From contig OZ024763.1 in assembly GCA_964016885.1 (NCBI GenBank), positions 22,196,001 to 22,260,000 of the forward strand: a DNA stretch of 64,000 nt, in the 5' to 3' direction. Below are positions 50,501 to 63,080 of the stretch, piece after piece (the first letter of the stretch is position 1; each line of letters opens with the position of its first letter). Origin of the DNA: Eledone cirrhosa (Eukaryota). The translations under genes and the position numbers were made by a program. The notes beneath the pieces are model-generated. The model was given only the letters and a program-made list of their open reading frames with translations. It had not been told where the DNA came from and did not search any database.

Positions 50501-51026
50501 GGTATGGACATGTGATGCGTATGAAGGATGACAGCTGCATAAAAAGGTGCAGAGCACTAGAAGTTGATGGAAACCGCGGAGTGGGGAGACCCAAGATGAC
50601 TTGGGATGAGGTGATAAAAGCCGACCTTACCCAACTACACCTCTCAAAGTCAATGACACACGACCGTGACTTCTGGCGTCACGCAGTAATACAGGGTACC
50701 CGACCTCCCATGGGTACATGCTGAAGCATATAAACAATATGCCCCCCCCCCCCCCACCGCAAGGTGGTCGTGGAGGTGCCACGGCAAAAAAGCACCCAGC
50801 CCACACTGTAAAGTGGACGTGTAGGCGCCACGAAAAAGCACCCAGCACTCACTGTAAATGAGGTTGGTGTTAGGAAGGGCATCCAGCTGTAGAAATCAAG
50901 CCAGATCAGTTCCTGTATGAGCAAGGCATGGTCAGCCGACCAGACACTGCCCACAACAGGACAACCCGTCTAACCCATGCTAGCGTGGAAGAACGGACGT
51001 AAAACGGTGATGATGATGATGATGAT
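47538..51026 (+). mobile_element. RTE-clade LINE with an intact ORF
   Basis: Single ORF, 3' UTR of about 300 bp, (GAT)n tail, inserted in the 34-bp minisatellite. Confidence 0.95.
47605..50724 (+). CDS. APE endonuclease, reverse transcriptase and PHD-like finger (1039 aa)
   Basis: TINV, VQETRW, YAPQ, GDFNGHVG, SQLDFIL, SQH; DLEKAFD, QGSVLSP, YADD; C-x2-C...C-x2-C...H-x2-C...C-x2-C. Confidence 0.95.
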   Translation: MNLRATKHPREAPTQRPSPTSVDKCPKLRVGTINVGSMKGRAGEIVEMLERKEVDVCCVQETRWRGGSARVLVGKSQCYKFFWVGNDDGMGGVGILLADKWVDKVISVYRVNARIIKLRLVLNKTITTIISAYAPQSGLPDELKDRFYESLIHTTALTDDKDFLIIAGDFNGHVGKHCDGFNRVHGGHGVGTRNEEGFRLLEFCDANDMSICNTNFKKPDNHLITYRSGEHSSQLDFILIRGRDRWTVVNTKAFPSEECTSQHSLVVSDLTVRTRRALKQRPTWRRKIWKLKVPSTSNRFKDILLNAYDSKEEQIETFNVEENWEFLKNNLLEATDEVCGWSKTSSRRRVTWWWNNKVDEAVKAKRQAWKEWKNGGSRVHYIETKREARRQVYLARREAEDRKFKHVLQREDQKQEVFKIARQCVRDSCDVIGEKCIRNDKGELALTSAEKKDAWKSHYDRLLNEENAWEEETLPHVDPIEGPAVQVSGSIVSKAIRDMKIGKATGPSGIAAEMLKASGSVGHTITTRIVNQVILEGAIPKDWCSSIIVNCYKGKGDALDRGNYRGIKLMDQVMKVTERVIAQLIRDRVNIDEMQFGFVPGKGTTDALFLVRQLQEKYLAKSKPLYLAFVDLEKAFDRVPRAVIWWALRKLGVDEWLVKAVQAMYRGAVSKVRIGNEYSEEFSVQVGVHQGSVLSPLLFIIVLQAITEEFKTGCPWELLYADDLALIAESMVELENKFQTWKQGLERKGLKVNMTKTKVLISRRENRTQIPSGKWPCSVCRKGVGRNSILCPKCKQWVHKRCSGISGSLIKNVGFTCSSCAETASKQPQETSTTNLWEGPVETVDSFCYLGDRISNGGGCSESTITRVRTGWKKFRELLPLLAAKGFSLRMKGRLYDACIRTAMLHGSETWALKVEDLRRLERNEACMLRWMCNSNIRERQSINELRERLSIRGIKCCVQERRLRWYGHVMRMKDDSCIKRCRALEVDGNRGVGRPKMTWDEVIKADLTQLHLSKSMTHDRDFWRHAVIQGTRPPMGTC

Positions 51027-51394
51027 ACATATTACATACTTTTCACATATATAACCACATATATTTCGCAACTTCTCAACATGAAATCTTTCCACACCTC
51101 TGGCTTAGGGCCTCAAAAGGACCTAATCTGGTCCTGAGTGTATACTTTACATTGGTGCTAGAAAGAGCGACCAAATTTCCCCTTAAATCAAACCCTACTG
51201 TTTTTTTTTTTAATAGAAAGGTCACATTGACTGATAGAGCCCTAAACACAGTATGTTAGAGGTGAGGTACAGGGGTGAAGGAAGTAAGCTGATTACTGTT
51301 GTAATGCTTTCTAGCTATATAAGTGTACTGAACCAAGTATACTGAACCAGGTATGACCTAGGGTTAAACAACAACAACCTATTCTATCTCAAAT

Positions 51395-51618
51395 GAAGGT
51401 GTGTGGCTTAGTTGTTAGAGAATTGGATTCCCAATCATGGGGTTTGCTAGTTCAATTCTCAGACCAGGCGATACATTATGACCTTGAGCAAGGCACTTTA
51501 TTTCACATTGCTCCTTCTGCCAGGAGTTGTGTCCGGCAGATAGTACCAGCAATGGAAAGACCAATGGAAACATTGTTTCCTTGGTCCGATTTGACAAGGT
51601 CCACTCCTACTCGGCAAG
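51395..51618 (+). mobile_element. tRNA-derived SINE
   Basis: A/B-box head; CCTTGAGCAAGGCACTT core; matches 21345-21600. Confidence 0.75.
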
Positions 51619-51827
51619 CGAAAGAGGTCTGGGATCTTGTAGATCAATCTTTCCCATTGGTGCTAGAAAGAACCAAATTTCCCTCATATCAAGCCCAACT
51701 GTTGTTTTTTTGTTTTCTAAAGAACGGGTCACATTGAATGATAGAACCCTAAACACAGTATGTTAGAGGTGGGGTGCAGTGGTGAAGGAAGTAAGCTGAT
51801 TACTGTAGTCACACTTTCTAGCTATAT

Positions 51828-52377
51828 CACCTTGATCACATTGACCGACCAGTCTGTCGGGCGTCCATTCAGCACCGCTGGTCACAGCATGCCGTCCATT
51901 CCTCTCTGGATCGTGCTTTCCTCATCCATGTATTCCCAATCGTATTCTTAAAATCCTAACTCCACCCTCGTGGAGGCCTTCCGAGTGGTCGTTTCCGCTC
52001 GCGTGGGTACCACTCGGCAACTGCGCGGGTACCACTCGGCAACTGCGCGGGTACCACTCGGCAACTGCGAGGGTCCACCGATTATCGGTGAACCGGGCGA
52101 CGTGTCTAGCCCATCTGAACTTGCTGCGCATATATTCCGTGATGACGTCCCTCACGCCGGACTTCTGTCTGATGACTTCGCTCCTGATGTGCTCTCTCAA
52201 CGAGATTCCCAGCATTGATCTCTCCATGGCTCTTTGAGCCGTTACCAGCCTCTGCTCTTCTCTCTTCGTTGTAGCCCAAGTTTCACTGTCATATAACATT
52301 ACAGGTAAAACTGTGCTATTGAAGAGGTTGGCGTGGGTGGTCTTGTCCAACCTCCCCTTGAGCACATCCCTTATGCC
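51828..52377 (-). mobile_element. 3' fragment of a third RTE family with an 11-bp TSD
   Basis: LFNSTVLPVMLYDSETW...QRAMERSMLG...RWARHVAR...WYPR; TSD TCTAGCTATAT at 51817-51827 and 52378-52388. Confidence 0.88.
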
Positions 52378-52624
52378 TCTAGCTATATAAGTATACTGAA
52401 CCAGGTTTGACCTAGGGTTAAACAACAACAACAACAACAGACTATTTTATCTCAAAATGACCTCATTGATTAAAATTTATTTCAATCAGCTGTAAGGAAA
52501 CAAACAATTTGTGGTGTGTGTGTAGTGTGTGTAGTGTATGGTGTGTGTGTGTGTCTCCCTCTGGTGTGTGTGTGTGTGTTGTTTGTTCTTTTTTTAAGAA
52601 ATAAAAGCTTGCACCAAACAAAAA

Positions 52625-53170
52625 TGATGAAAGGAAAAAAGAGAAGTGATGAGAATAAGAGAGAAGAATGAGATGAAGAGAGAGAGAATAATAGAGAAGA
52701 GAGATGGTGATTAGAGAGAAGGAAGGATGGTGAAGATGTGAGAAAGAAGAGAGATGAAGATGTGAGAGAGAAGAGAGATGAAAATGTGAGAAAGAAAAGA
52801 GACAATAAGAGAGTAGAGAGATGAAGATGTGAGAGAGAAGAGAGATGAAAATGCGAGAAAGAAAAGAGACAATAAGAGAGAAGAGAGATGAAGATGTGGG
52901 AGAGAAGAGAGATGAAGAGAGATGAAGATGTGGGAGAGAAGAGAGATGAAAATGTGAGAAAGAAAAGAGACAATAAGAGAGTAGAGAGATGAAGATGCGA
53001 GAGAGAAGAGAGATGAAAATGTGAGAAAGAAAAGAGACAATAAGAGAGTAGAGAGAAGAAGAGAAGAGAGAAGAATGAAATGAAGAGAGAGAATAAGAGA
53101 TGAGATGTAGAGAGAGAGAAAGAATAAAAGGGAGAGGAGAGATGGTGAGGTTGTGAGAAAGAAGAGAGAC
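52625..53170. repeat. Purine-rich GA repeat with a higher-order unit of about 70 bp
   Basis: Direct reading of the sequence. Confidence 0.85.
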
Positions 53171-53199
53171 AAGAACCTATGTTAACTAACAAGGTTGAA

Positions 53200-54365
53200 A
53201 CAACACCTACTACTACTACTATAGCTGTTATTACCACTATAGCTACTACAACTACTACTACAGCTACTACTACTACTACAGCTACTACTACTACTACAGC
53301 TACTACTACTACTACTACTACTACTACTAGCACTACTACTACTACTACTACACTACTACTACTACTACAGTTACTACAACTACTACTACAGCTACTACTA
53401 CTACAGCTACCACTACCACTATTAATACGACAACTGCCACCACTACACCATTACCACTACTAATACTACCACTGTTACTACCATTTCTAATACCACTACC
53501 ACCACTGATACTACCACCAATACTACTACTATAACTGCTATGACCAGTACTACTACCACCAATATTACTATCACTACTACGACTACCCCATTACCACTAC
53601 TACCACCACCACTACCACCACCACTACTATTACCACTGTTACTACCACCACTACCACCACTACCACCACCACTACTATTACCACTGTTACTACCACCACT
53701 ACCACCACTACTACTACCACTGCTACAACCACCACCACCACCAACACTATTACCACCACCACCACTACTACTACCACTGCTACTACCACCAACACTACTA
53801 CTACCACTGCTACTACCACCACCACCACTACCACCACTACTACTACCACTGCTACAACCACCACCACCACCACTACTACCACCACCACCACCACTACCAC
53901 TGCTACTACCACCACCACCACTACTACTACCACCACCACCACCACGACCACTACTACTACCACCACCACCACCACGACCACTACTACCACCACCACCACC
54001 ACGACCACTACTACTACCACCACCACCACCACTACTACTACCACCACCACCACCACGACCACTACTACTACTACCACCACCACCACCACCACTACTACCA
54101 CCACCACCACCACCACGACCACTACCACCACCACCACCACCACTACTACTACCACCACCACCACCACCACCACCACCACCACTACCACCACCACCACCAC
54201 CACCACCACTACTACCACCACCACCACCACGACCACTACTACTACCACCACCACCACCACCACTACTACTACCACCACCACCACCACGACCACTACTACT
54301 ACCACCACCACCACGACTACTACCACCACCACCACCACCACCACTTCTACTACCATTATTACTGC
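53200..54365. repeat. (ACT)n/(ACC)n trinucleotide array
   Basis: Direct reading of the sequence. Confidence 0.95.
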
Positions 54366-54797
54366 TGCTGCTACATTAAAGCTTACATTTTATTGATTGT
54401 TTCAGCTGAGCACAAATTCAAATTTTTTTTTATTGAGGGCGGGGTTAGGGGGGAGATGGAGGGTAAGATATCACCATCACCACTACCACTGATACCATCA
54501 CCACCACTGCTACCATACCATCACCATCACCACTACCACCACCACCACTCCTACAACCACCACCATCCCTACAACCACCACAACTACTACTACCACTCCA
54601 ACAACATCAGCATCTTCATCACCACCACCTTGTTTATGTCCCATAAATGTTACATGCTACGCCCCCCCCCCCCACTCCTTCACACCTACACCTGCCCACA
54701 AACCAGTTGGTATTTGAACTTGAAATCTAGAGAGAGAGAGCAGGAGACAGATGAACTGAGAGTAGCATTAGAGGGGGTTACACTTAAATAAATACTG

Positions 54798-54866
<69 letters not shown>

Positions 54867-54886
54867 TACATATACATATATATATA

Positions 54887-55158
54887 TCATCATCATCATC
54901 ATTTTACGTCCACTTTTCCCTGCTTGCAAGGGTGGGACGGGAACTGATTCTGGCTTGATTTCTACAGCTGGATGCCCTTCCTAACACCAACCTCATTTAC
55001 AGTGAGTGCTGGGTGCTTTTTTGCCGTGGCACCTCCACGACCACTTTGCAGTGGAATGATAGGGACCCCAGTCCCTATCATCTCATTTCTACAGCTGAGT
55101 AAACTGGAGCAATGTGAAATAAAGTGTCTTGCTCAAGGAAACAACACATCACCCAGTC
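54887..55158 (-). mobile_element. SINE (family of 14984), head truncated
   Basis: Near-identical body and tail. Confidence 0.85.
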
Positions 55159-55210
55159 TGTATATATTTTATCAAATGATTCTATGGACTTACTTTCTTA
55201 TATATATATA

Positions 55211-55407
55211 AGAAAGAAAGTGTGGTAAGAAACCAGGTGAACCATAACACACCAGGGTACTCGATACTTAGGGTACTAGAGTGGGTAATAGGAAAAGAGT
55301 CACGACCCCGATGGCTGAGCTCCGGCAGTTTTGACAGCTAGATCCGAACTGTTCAGACCTAGCTGTCGAAACGGCCGGAGCTCAGCCGTCGGGGTGCTGA
55401 CTCTTTT

Positions 55408-55412
<5 letters not shown>
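55211..55412. mobile_element. Family C fold-back of HHR 3' halves with tail
   Basis: Hairpin 55288-55412; GAAA-CGGCCGGAGCTCAGCCG-TC-GGGG. Confidence 0.7.
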
Positions 55413-55472
<60 letters not shown>

Positions 55473-55573
55473 TTCTATATGAGTGAGACACGGCCACCCA
55501 ACCAATCTTGCCTCAAGTGAATCAATCCTGTCTAACCCATGCTAGCGTGGAAGATGGACATATGATGATGATG

Positions 55574-55659
<86 letters not shown>

Positions 55660-55704
55660 TGTATATGTGTGTGTATGGTCTAATGATTTAATATTATAAT
55701 ACAC

Positions 55705-55900
55705 AAACGGTGGATTGGCAGTATCAGTAGAGGGTCGGACGCCATGCTTTCCAGCATAGTTACGTCAATTTACGATCTGAGTTCAAATCCCGCCGAGGTT
55801 GACTTTGCCTTTCATCCTTACGGGGTCGATAAAATAAAGTACCAGTAATGCACTGGGTAATTGCTGGCCTTGTGCCTAAAGTAGAAACAATTATAATACA
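55705..55900 (+). mobile_element. tRNA-derived SINE (different family)
   Basis: B box GAGTTCAAATCCC; GACTTTGCCTTTCATCC...GGGGTCGATAAAATAAAGTACCAG. Confidence 0.75.
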
Positions 55901-56214
55901 TAAACTGCAACCACCACCACCACCAGCCAGCCAACAAGGGAGTTTTGATGTGATTGCTCCTATTGCTAAAAATAGCAGCCAGATCACCCTCAAACTACAT
56001 CTTACTAGAATGTAATCCTAGTTACACTTATCATCATCAGCATCATTATCATCCTCAGTATTATTGTCATCAACACCATCATCATCGTCATCATCACTGT
56101 CATCATCATCATTGTTTTATGTCCACTTTTCCATGCTGGCATGGGTCAGATAGGATGTTTTGAGGCAATGTTTTACAGTTGGATGGCCCTTCCTGACACC
56201 AACCCTTACGACAC

Positions 56215-56770
56215 ACCATACAAGATCATAGTAGCTAAAATAAGTACAGGATGGAAGAAGTTTAAGGAACCACTAACTGCGTTGAAAACAAAAGGTTTCT
56301 TTCTCCCTCTGAATGAAAGGAATGCTGTATGTCGCCTGTCTGCGAAGTGTTATGCTGCATGGTTTTAAAATGTGCAGTGACTGCAGAGGATATGCACAGA
56401 GTGAAGAGAAATGAAGCAAACATACTTTGATGTATGTGCAATGTTAATGTAAGAGACCGACAGAGCTTGGATGAACTGAGAGAATGACTGAGTACAAGAG
56501 GAATCAGAAGTGGTATGCAAGAGAGAAGACTGTTGATATGGACATGTTGATATGAACGCTGATTGAAGAAGTGCCAAGATATCCCAATGGAAGGAAGCTG
56601 CAGTAGAGGTAGACCAAGGCAGAAGTGGTGAGGGCTGATCTCAAATCACTGAAACTCACAGTGAAGATGTCGAAGGATCGCGACATGTGGAGAGATACTG
56701 TGTTGAAAAGGACCTGTCCAACCCATGCAAGCATGGAACAGCAGATGAAAAAACTATGATGATGATCAAA
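56215..56770 (+). mobile_element. Heavily decayed RTE 3' fragment
   Basis: ISTGWKKFKE...KGF; terminal ACCCATGCAAGCATGGAA followed by (ATG)n. Confidence 0.8.
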
Positions 56771-57039
56771 AAAGGGTGCCACAGAGCGGCGTATGGCTGT
56801 AAAAGGCAGCCGGTGGTGTATCAGGCCATCACCATCATCATTGCAACCAGTCGAACATTCCTGACAAAATCTCTCCACAATTCACAAATTTCAATTGATC
56901 CTGGTAACTTCTCCTTACTGAGGTTTGTATTGTCTGAAAGCTGATCAATGAATGTTCAAGTAGGTCTTCCTCTACTGTCTCTCCTGTGAGTTGGTTCCCA
57001 CAATAGTAATTTATTAGGCCATTATAAAAGGTCTAAAGT

Positions 57040-57490
57040 CTGTCTCGAGCCTGGCTGCTCATCTGGCTGGTGTTTCTATAACATTAAACAACTGAGAGTA
57101 CATGACACCCCCTGGACAGGATGCCAGTCCATGACAGGATTAAACCCTCCAGCTATTGATGCTACCCACTCTCAGCTGTGTCTAACCCTAACCCTTACCA
57201 CTGGAGCAATGTGAAATGAAGTGTTTTGCTCAAGAACACAACACTCAACCCAGACAAGGAATCAAACCCACAACATTACGATCATAAGTCCAACACCTTA
57301 ATCACTGGAACAGCGTGAAATGAAGTGTTTTGTTCAAGAACACAACTACAACCCAGTTCTGGAATTGAACTGAGGACATTATGATGGTAAGTCCAACACC
57401 TTAACTACTGGAGTGATGTGAAATGAAATATTTTGTACAAGAACACAACACACAACCCAGTTCTGGAATTGAACTGAGGACATTATGATT
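57040..57490 (-). mobile_element. SINE with a triplicated head/core unit (about 107 bp)
   Basis: GTGAAATGAAGTGTTTTG..CAAGAACACAAC occurs three times. Confidence 0.65.
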
Positions 57491-57512
57491 GTTCTAAGAA
57501 AACACAAATTAA

Positions 57513-57697
57513 CCCTTTAGCAATTACATTACTCTATATTCATGGAATACTCTATATTCAAGGCTTCATGAGATTTTGATATTATTTATTTTGAGAACAA
57601 TACCTTAACGTCAGTATGAGCGGCTGGTTACAGCCAATTTATACAGAAAGAGGTGAGAGAATTCTGGCCGGATACAGCCGGTTTAAATGCTAAAGGG
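57513..57697. mobile_element. piggyBac-type MITE
   Basis: TTAA-CCCTTTAGCA...TGCTAAAGGG-TTAA. Confidence 0.75.
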
Positions 57698-57751
57698 TTA
57701 ACCAGCATTTTGCCCTGCACTCTACAGATTCTGCCAATAATTCATTGTAAC

Positions 57752-58990
57752 AGTGGTGGTGGTGGTAGTGATGGTGGTGGTAATGGTAGTTTTGAAGGTG
57801 GTGACAATGGTAGTGGTGGTGATGGTGGTGGTAGTGGTGGAGGTGGTGGTGGTGGTGGTGGTGGTGGTGGTGGTAGTTTTGGAGGTAATGGCGATGGTAG
57901 TGGTGGTGGTAGTGGTGGTAGTTTTGGAGGTGGTGGTGATCGTAATGGTAGTGGTGGTAGAAGTATAGTGGAGGTAGTGGTGATAGAGGTAGAATTAGAG
58001 TTAGTGATGGTGGTGGAGGTAATGGTGGTAGTGGTGGAGGTAATGGTGATAGGGGTGGTGGTAATTTTGGAGGTGGTAGTGATGGTAGTGGTGGTGGTGG
58101 TGGTAGAGTTAGTGGTGGTGGTGGAGGTAATGGTGATAGGAGTGGTGGTAGTTTCGGAGGTGGTAGTGATGGTAGTGGTGGTGGTGGTAGAGTTAGTGGT
58201 GGTGGTGGAGGTAATGGTGATAGGGGTGGTGGTAGTTTTGGAGGTGGTAGTGATGGTAGTGGTGGTGGTGGTGGTAGAGTTAGTGGTGGTGGTGGTGGAG
58301 GTAATGGTGATAGGAGTGGTGGTAGTTTCGGAGGTGGTAGTGATGGTAGTGGTGGTGGTGGTGATAGAGTTAGTGGTGGTAGTGGAGGTAATGGTGATAG
58401 GGGTGGTGGTAGTTTTGGAGGTGGTAGTGATGGTAGTGGTGGTGGTGGTGGTGGTAGAGGTAGAGTTAGTGGTAGTAGTGGAGGTAATGGTGATAGGGGT
58501 GGTGGTAGTTTTGGAGGTGGTAGTGATGGTAGTGGTGGTGGTAGAGTTAGTGGTAGTGGTGGTGGAGGTAATGGTGATAAAGGTGGTGGTGGTGGTAGTG
58601 ATGGTAGTGGTGGTGGTAGAGTTAGTGGTGGTGGTGGAGGTAATGGTGATAGGGGTGGTGGTAGTTTTGGAGGTGGTAGTGATGGTGGTGGTAGTGGTGG
58701 AGGTCGAGTTAGTGGTGGTGGTGGAGGTAATGGTGATAGATTGGTGGTAGTTTTGGAGGTGGTAGTGATGGTAGTGGTGGTGATAGGGGTGGTGGTAGTT
58801 TCGGAGGTGGTAGTGATGGTATTGGTGGTGGTGGTGGTGGTAGAGTTAGAGTTAGTGGTGGTGGTGGTGGAGGTAATGGTGATAGGGGTGGTGGTAGTTT
58901 CGGAGGTGGTAGTGATGGTATTGGTGGTGGTGGTAGAGTTAGAGTTAGTGGTGGTGGTGGTGGAGGTAATGGTGTCGGTGGTGGAGGCAA
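57752..58990. repeat. (GGT)n-based array with a higher-order unit of about 65 bp
   Basis: Direct reading of the sequence. Confidence 0.93.
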
Positions 58991-59278
58991 TGACAGCAAC
59001 AGTAGCAGCAAGCAGTTTTTTTGGGGGGGGGGGTTTTCAAAAATTAAATTGCTGTTTCATTTCTTAATGTAAAAACAATATTTTTAATCTTAGAAAGTCG
59101 ATCACATTGATCTCTGTTGTATGTGATTACTGCTTCATTTCATTGACTCTGGGGGAGAGGGACGGGGTGTTTAAGGCAAAGTTCACCTTGTTAGAGTGCA
59201 AAAATATTATATATAAGCTAGATACCTCCACCACCCTGCCCCACGACCCATATGAGCTGTGAGTAGAGAGTGGGAACA

Positions 59279-60206
59279 TACCGCGTATAAACTTGTATAT
59301 AAGCCGAGAAATATGTGACAAAAAAGAATCAATGGTAAAATGGGTGGGGAAGGGGAGGGCAGCTTATATTCGAGGTCAATATTTTGCTTTGGAGGTAAAT
59401 ATTACACCAGTTTCACTTTGGAGGTAAATATTACACCAGTTTCACTTTGGAGGTAAATATTACACCAGTTTCACTTTGGAGGTAAATATTACACCAGTTT
59501 CACTTTGGAGGTAAATATTACACCAGTTTCACTCTGGAGGTGAATATTACACCAGTTTCACTTTGGAGGTGAATATTACACCAGTTTCACTTCGGAGGTA
59601 AATATTACACCAGTTTCACTCTGGAGGTGAATATTACACCAGTTTCACTTTGGAGGTAAATATTACACCAGTTTCACTCTGGAGGTGAATATTACACCAG
59701 TTTCACTCTGGAGGTGAATATTACACCAGTTTCACTTTGGAGGTGAATATTACACCAGTTTCACTTTGGAGGTGAATATTACACCAGTTTCACTTTGGAG
59801 GTGAAACTCATTTTTCCTATTGTTTTTTATGCGTTTTGAATGAATATGGCCTTAGAAACAATCAGAAATTGGTAAAAAAATCATTATGTAATGGAATCAT
59901 GAAACAAAAACTATTTTCTAAATGACACTTAAAACATTTTAAATATCAGAATATTAAAACTTCATAAATACATTCTCCACACAAGAGAATTTCAAGACTG
60001 CACCATATAAACATTATTTGTTGATTAGTTGCTTTGACTTATAAACAGAGGTTTGGATTTTTGCCCATTTCTCAAACATGAAATAGAGGGACGGCTTATA
60101 TTTGAATATATATAGTAGATGCCCCAGCTTATAGACAGGGTTTGGATTTTTTACCATTTTTCAGACATGAAATAGGGGATTGACTTATATTTGAGTATAT
60201 ATGGTA
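59279..60206. mobile_element. Decayed Tc1/pogo-like MITE carrying a minisatellite
   Basis: Ends TACCG..TATAAACTTGTATATAAGCCG and GACTTATATTTGAGTATATATGGTA; subterminal GCTTATA motifs. Confidence 0.55.
59388..59806. repeat. 29-bp minisatellite, about 14 copies
   Basis: Unit TTTGGAGGT(A/G)AATATTACACCAGTTTCAC, contiguous with no spacers. Confidence 0.95.
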
Positions 60207-61104
60207 TATAAGCAAGATGTGACCCCCACACTTCCCGGCCTATCTAAACACTCAGGGGAGTGTGGAACCGTATGTAAGCAAGATACAACCCCTACTTCCC
60301 ATCTGAGAGATCTGTAGCTCTGCTTGACTACCGACCGACTTGGTATTTGACGACCCATCCAACCTTTTTATTACAGACATTAAATGATGATTGGTTCGCC
60401 CAACAAAATTATTAGAGTGAAACCCCAGCACTGTTTGTGAAGGTGTGTGAATTTATTATGTGTGTCTTCTCCCAGCTTCTTTTATACCTTTATATATATA
60501 TTTTCCACTGTTTTATATTAAAATTATGTTATGCATCCAGCCATAGAAAGCTTGCCAAACAAAGGGTTAGAAAGGCCTTGTAGTTATATCAAAGACATTA
60601 CAGCTTCCCTATTGCTGGTAATCCACATGATAAACACAACCAGTAGACACTGTAAAGTGGTTGGTGATAGGAATGGCATCCAGCTGTAGAAAGCCAGCAA
60701 AACAAAGTGTTGGCAGGACCCTTCAGTTGTATCAAAGACATGACAGCTTCCATAGTGATGGTGATCTACATGATAAACACACCCAGTAAAGTAACTGGTG
60801 ATAGGAAGGGCATCCAGCCGTAGAAAGTCTGCCAAATAAAGGGTTGAGAGGACCCTCCAGCCATGTCCAGTACATGCTGTAAAGTGGTTGGTGATAGAAA
60901 GGGCATCCAGATGTAGAAAGTCAAAAATATAGCAACCTCTCTGTGTACTCAATAGAACATAAGACCATACATGAGATACAGACATGGTATGGTTTATATA
61001 GACCTGTCCAACCCTTGCTAGCAGGGAAAGTGGACATTAAACAACAATGGTGATGATAATAATTGTTTCTAATGGTGATGATGAGAATAATAATCATCAT
61101 CATC

Positions 61105-63080
61105 ATGCATTTACATAATGGTGTCCTTAAAAACTTATTAGCATCCCTTGTTGTAGTGTGTGTTTGAGTGGGCAGGTTTTCTCTCCCACTTTTGATATCA
61201 TTTTTTTCTAATACCCTTTTAAATATATTTCCCACAGTTTTATACTAAAATCATACTTTCAAAATTACATAATGGCTTCCCTAAAAATGATAAGAGAGAA
61301 ACCCCAGCGTCCCAGGTTATGGTTTGTGTTTGAGTGGGTAGGTTTTCTCTCCCACTTCCCCCTAATACCTTTATAAATATATTTTCCACTGTTTCACACT
61401 AAAATCTTACTTCATTTATTCATGAATTTATATAATGGATTCCCAAAGAAAAATTATTATAGAGAAACTCCAGCTTCCCAGGTTGTGGTGTGTGTTTTCT
61501 CTCCCACTTTTAATATAATGTTTTACTAATGCCTTTTTAAATATATTTCCCACTGTTTTATACTAAAATCATACTTTTGAATTTACATAATGGATTTATA
61601 TAATGGCTTCGCTAAAAAAAATGTTATTAATGTGAGACCCCCAGCATACCTTGGTGTGGTATCTGCTTGTGTGTGTGTGGGGGGGGGGTCTCTTCCATCC
61701 CATCCCAATTATAGACATTTTTGCACAGTTTTACACTAAAATCATACTTTATTTATTCATGAATTTACATAATTGGTTCCATAAAAAAAATTATTAGAGA
61801 GAAACTCCAGCATCCCAGGGTATGGTTTGTGTTTGAGTGGGTGGGTTTTCTAATACCCTGATAAATATATTTCCCAGTTTTTTACTAAAACCATACTTCT
61901 GAATTTATATATTGACTTCACAAAAAAAAATTAATGCGAAACTCCAGTGTCCCTTGGTAGTGGGGTATGTTTGTGTGGGTGGGTTAGCTCTCCCACAACC
62001 CCCCTACACCGTTATTTTTGTACTATTTTATACTAAAACTATACTTTTATTCATGAATTTACATAATGGCTTCCCTAAAAAGAATTATTAAAGTGAAACC
62101 CCCAACATCCCTTGGTGTGGTGGTGTGTTTGTGTGGGTGGGTTTTCTCTCCCACTCCTCCCTATACCTTTATAAATAAATTTTCCACTGTTTTACACTAA
62201 AATCATACTTCATTTATTCATGAATATAGATAATGGCTTCCCTAAAAATATTATTAGAGAGAAACCCCAGCATCCTTTGGTGTGGTGGGTGTTTGTGTGG
62301 GCAGGTTTTCTCTCCCAATTTTGATATCATTTTTTTTTAAAATTAATACCCTTTTAAATATATTTCCCAATGTTTTAAACTAAAATCATACTTTCAAATT
62401 TATATGATTCCCCTAAAAAAATTATTAATCTGAAACCCCAGGGTCCCTTGGTGTGTTGTGTGTTTGCGTGGGTGGGTTTTCTCTCCCACTTCCTCCTAAT
62501 ACCTTTATAAATAAATTTTCAACTGTTTTACACTAAAACTATACTTTATTTATTCATGAATTTATATAACGACCTCCCTAAAAAAATTATTAATGTGAAA
62601 CCCCAGCATCCCTTGGTGTGGTGTGTTTTAGTGTGGGTGTATTAGCTCTCCCGCAAACCCCTACACCATTATAGATAATTTTGTACTGTTTTATACTAAA
62701 ACTATACTTTATTTATTCATGAATTTACATAATGGGTTCCCTAAAAAAAAATTATCAAAGAGAAAGCCCCAGCATCCTCTGATGTGTTGTGTGTTTGTGT
62801 GGGCCTCTTTTCTCTCTCCATTCATTTTTTTCTTTGTAATACCTTTATTTACAAATACTAAAATTGTATTTTATTTATTCATGAATTTACATAATGGGTT
62901 CCCTAAAAAAATTATTAGAGAGAAACCCCCAGCATCCCTTGGTGTGTGTTTGTGTGGGCGTGTTAGCTCTCCCACTTTTAATATAATTATTTTTCTCCTG
63001 ATACCTTTACAAATGTTTGTTTTTTGTTGTATTCTACTAAAATCCTACTATATTTATTCATGCCATTTACATAATCCGAA
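61105..63080. repeat. Diverged satellite of about 160-170 bp, about 12 copies
   Basis: Recurrent CATGAATTTACATAATGG...GAAACCCCAGCATCCCTTGG...TACTAAAATCATACTT. Confidence 0.88.

Larger units (their letters stand above)
51148..52456 (+). repeat. Two copies of a unit of about 245 bp (51148-51393; 51655-51827 plus 52378-52456)
   Basis: Shared CATTGGTGCTAGAAAGA...GACCTAGGGTTAAACAACAACAAC. Confidence 0.75.

Noticed and set aside
53179-59067. Poly-Pro/Val/Thr/Gly ORFs
   Set aside because: Trinucleotide arrays with no splice signals or unique coding flanks.
59388-59806. CRISPR-like 29-bp repeats
   Set aside because: Repeats are contiguous with no unique spacers, there are no cas genes, and the context is eukaryotic.
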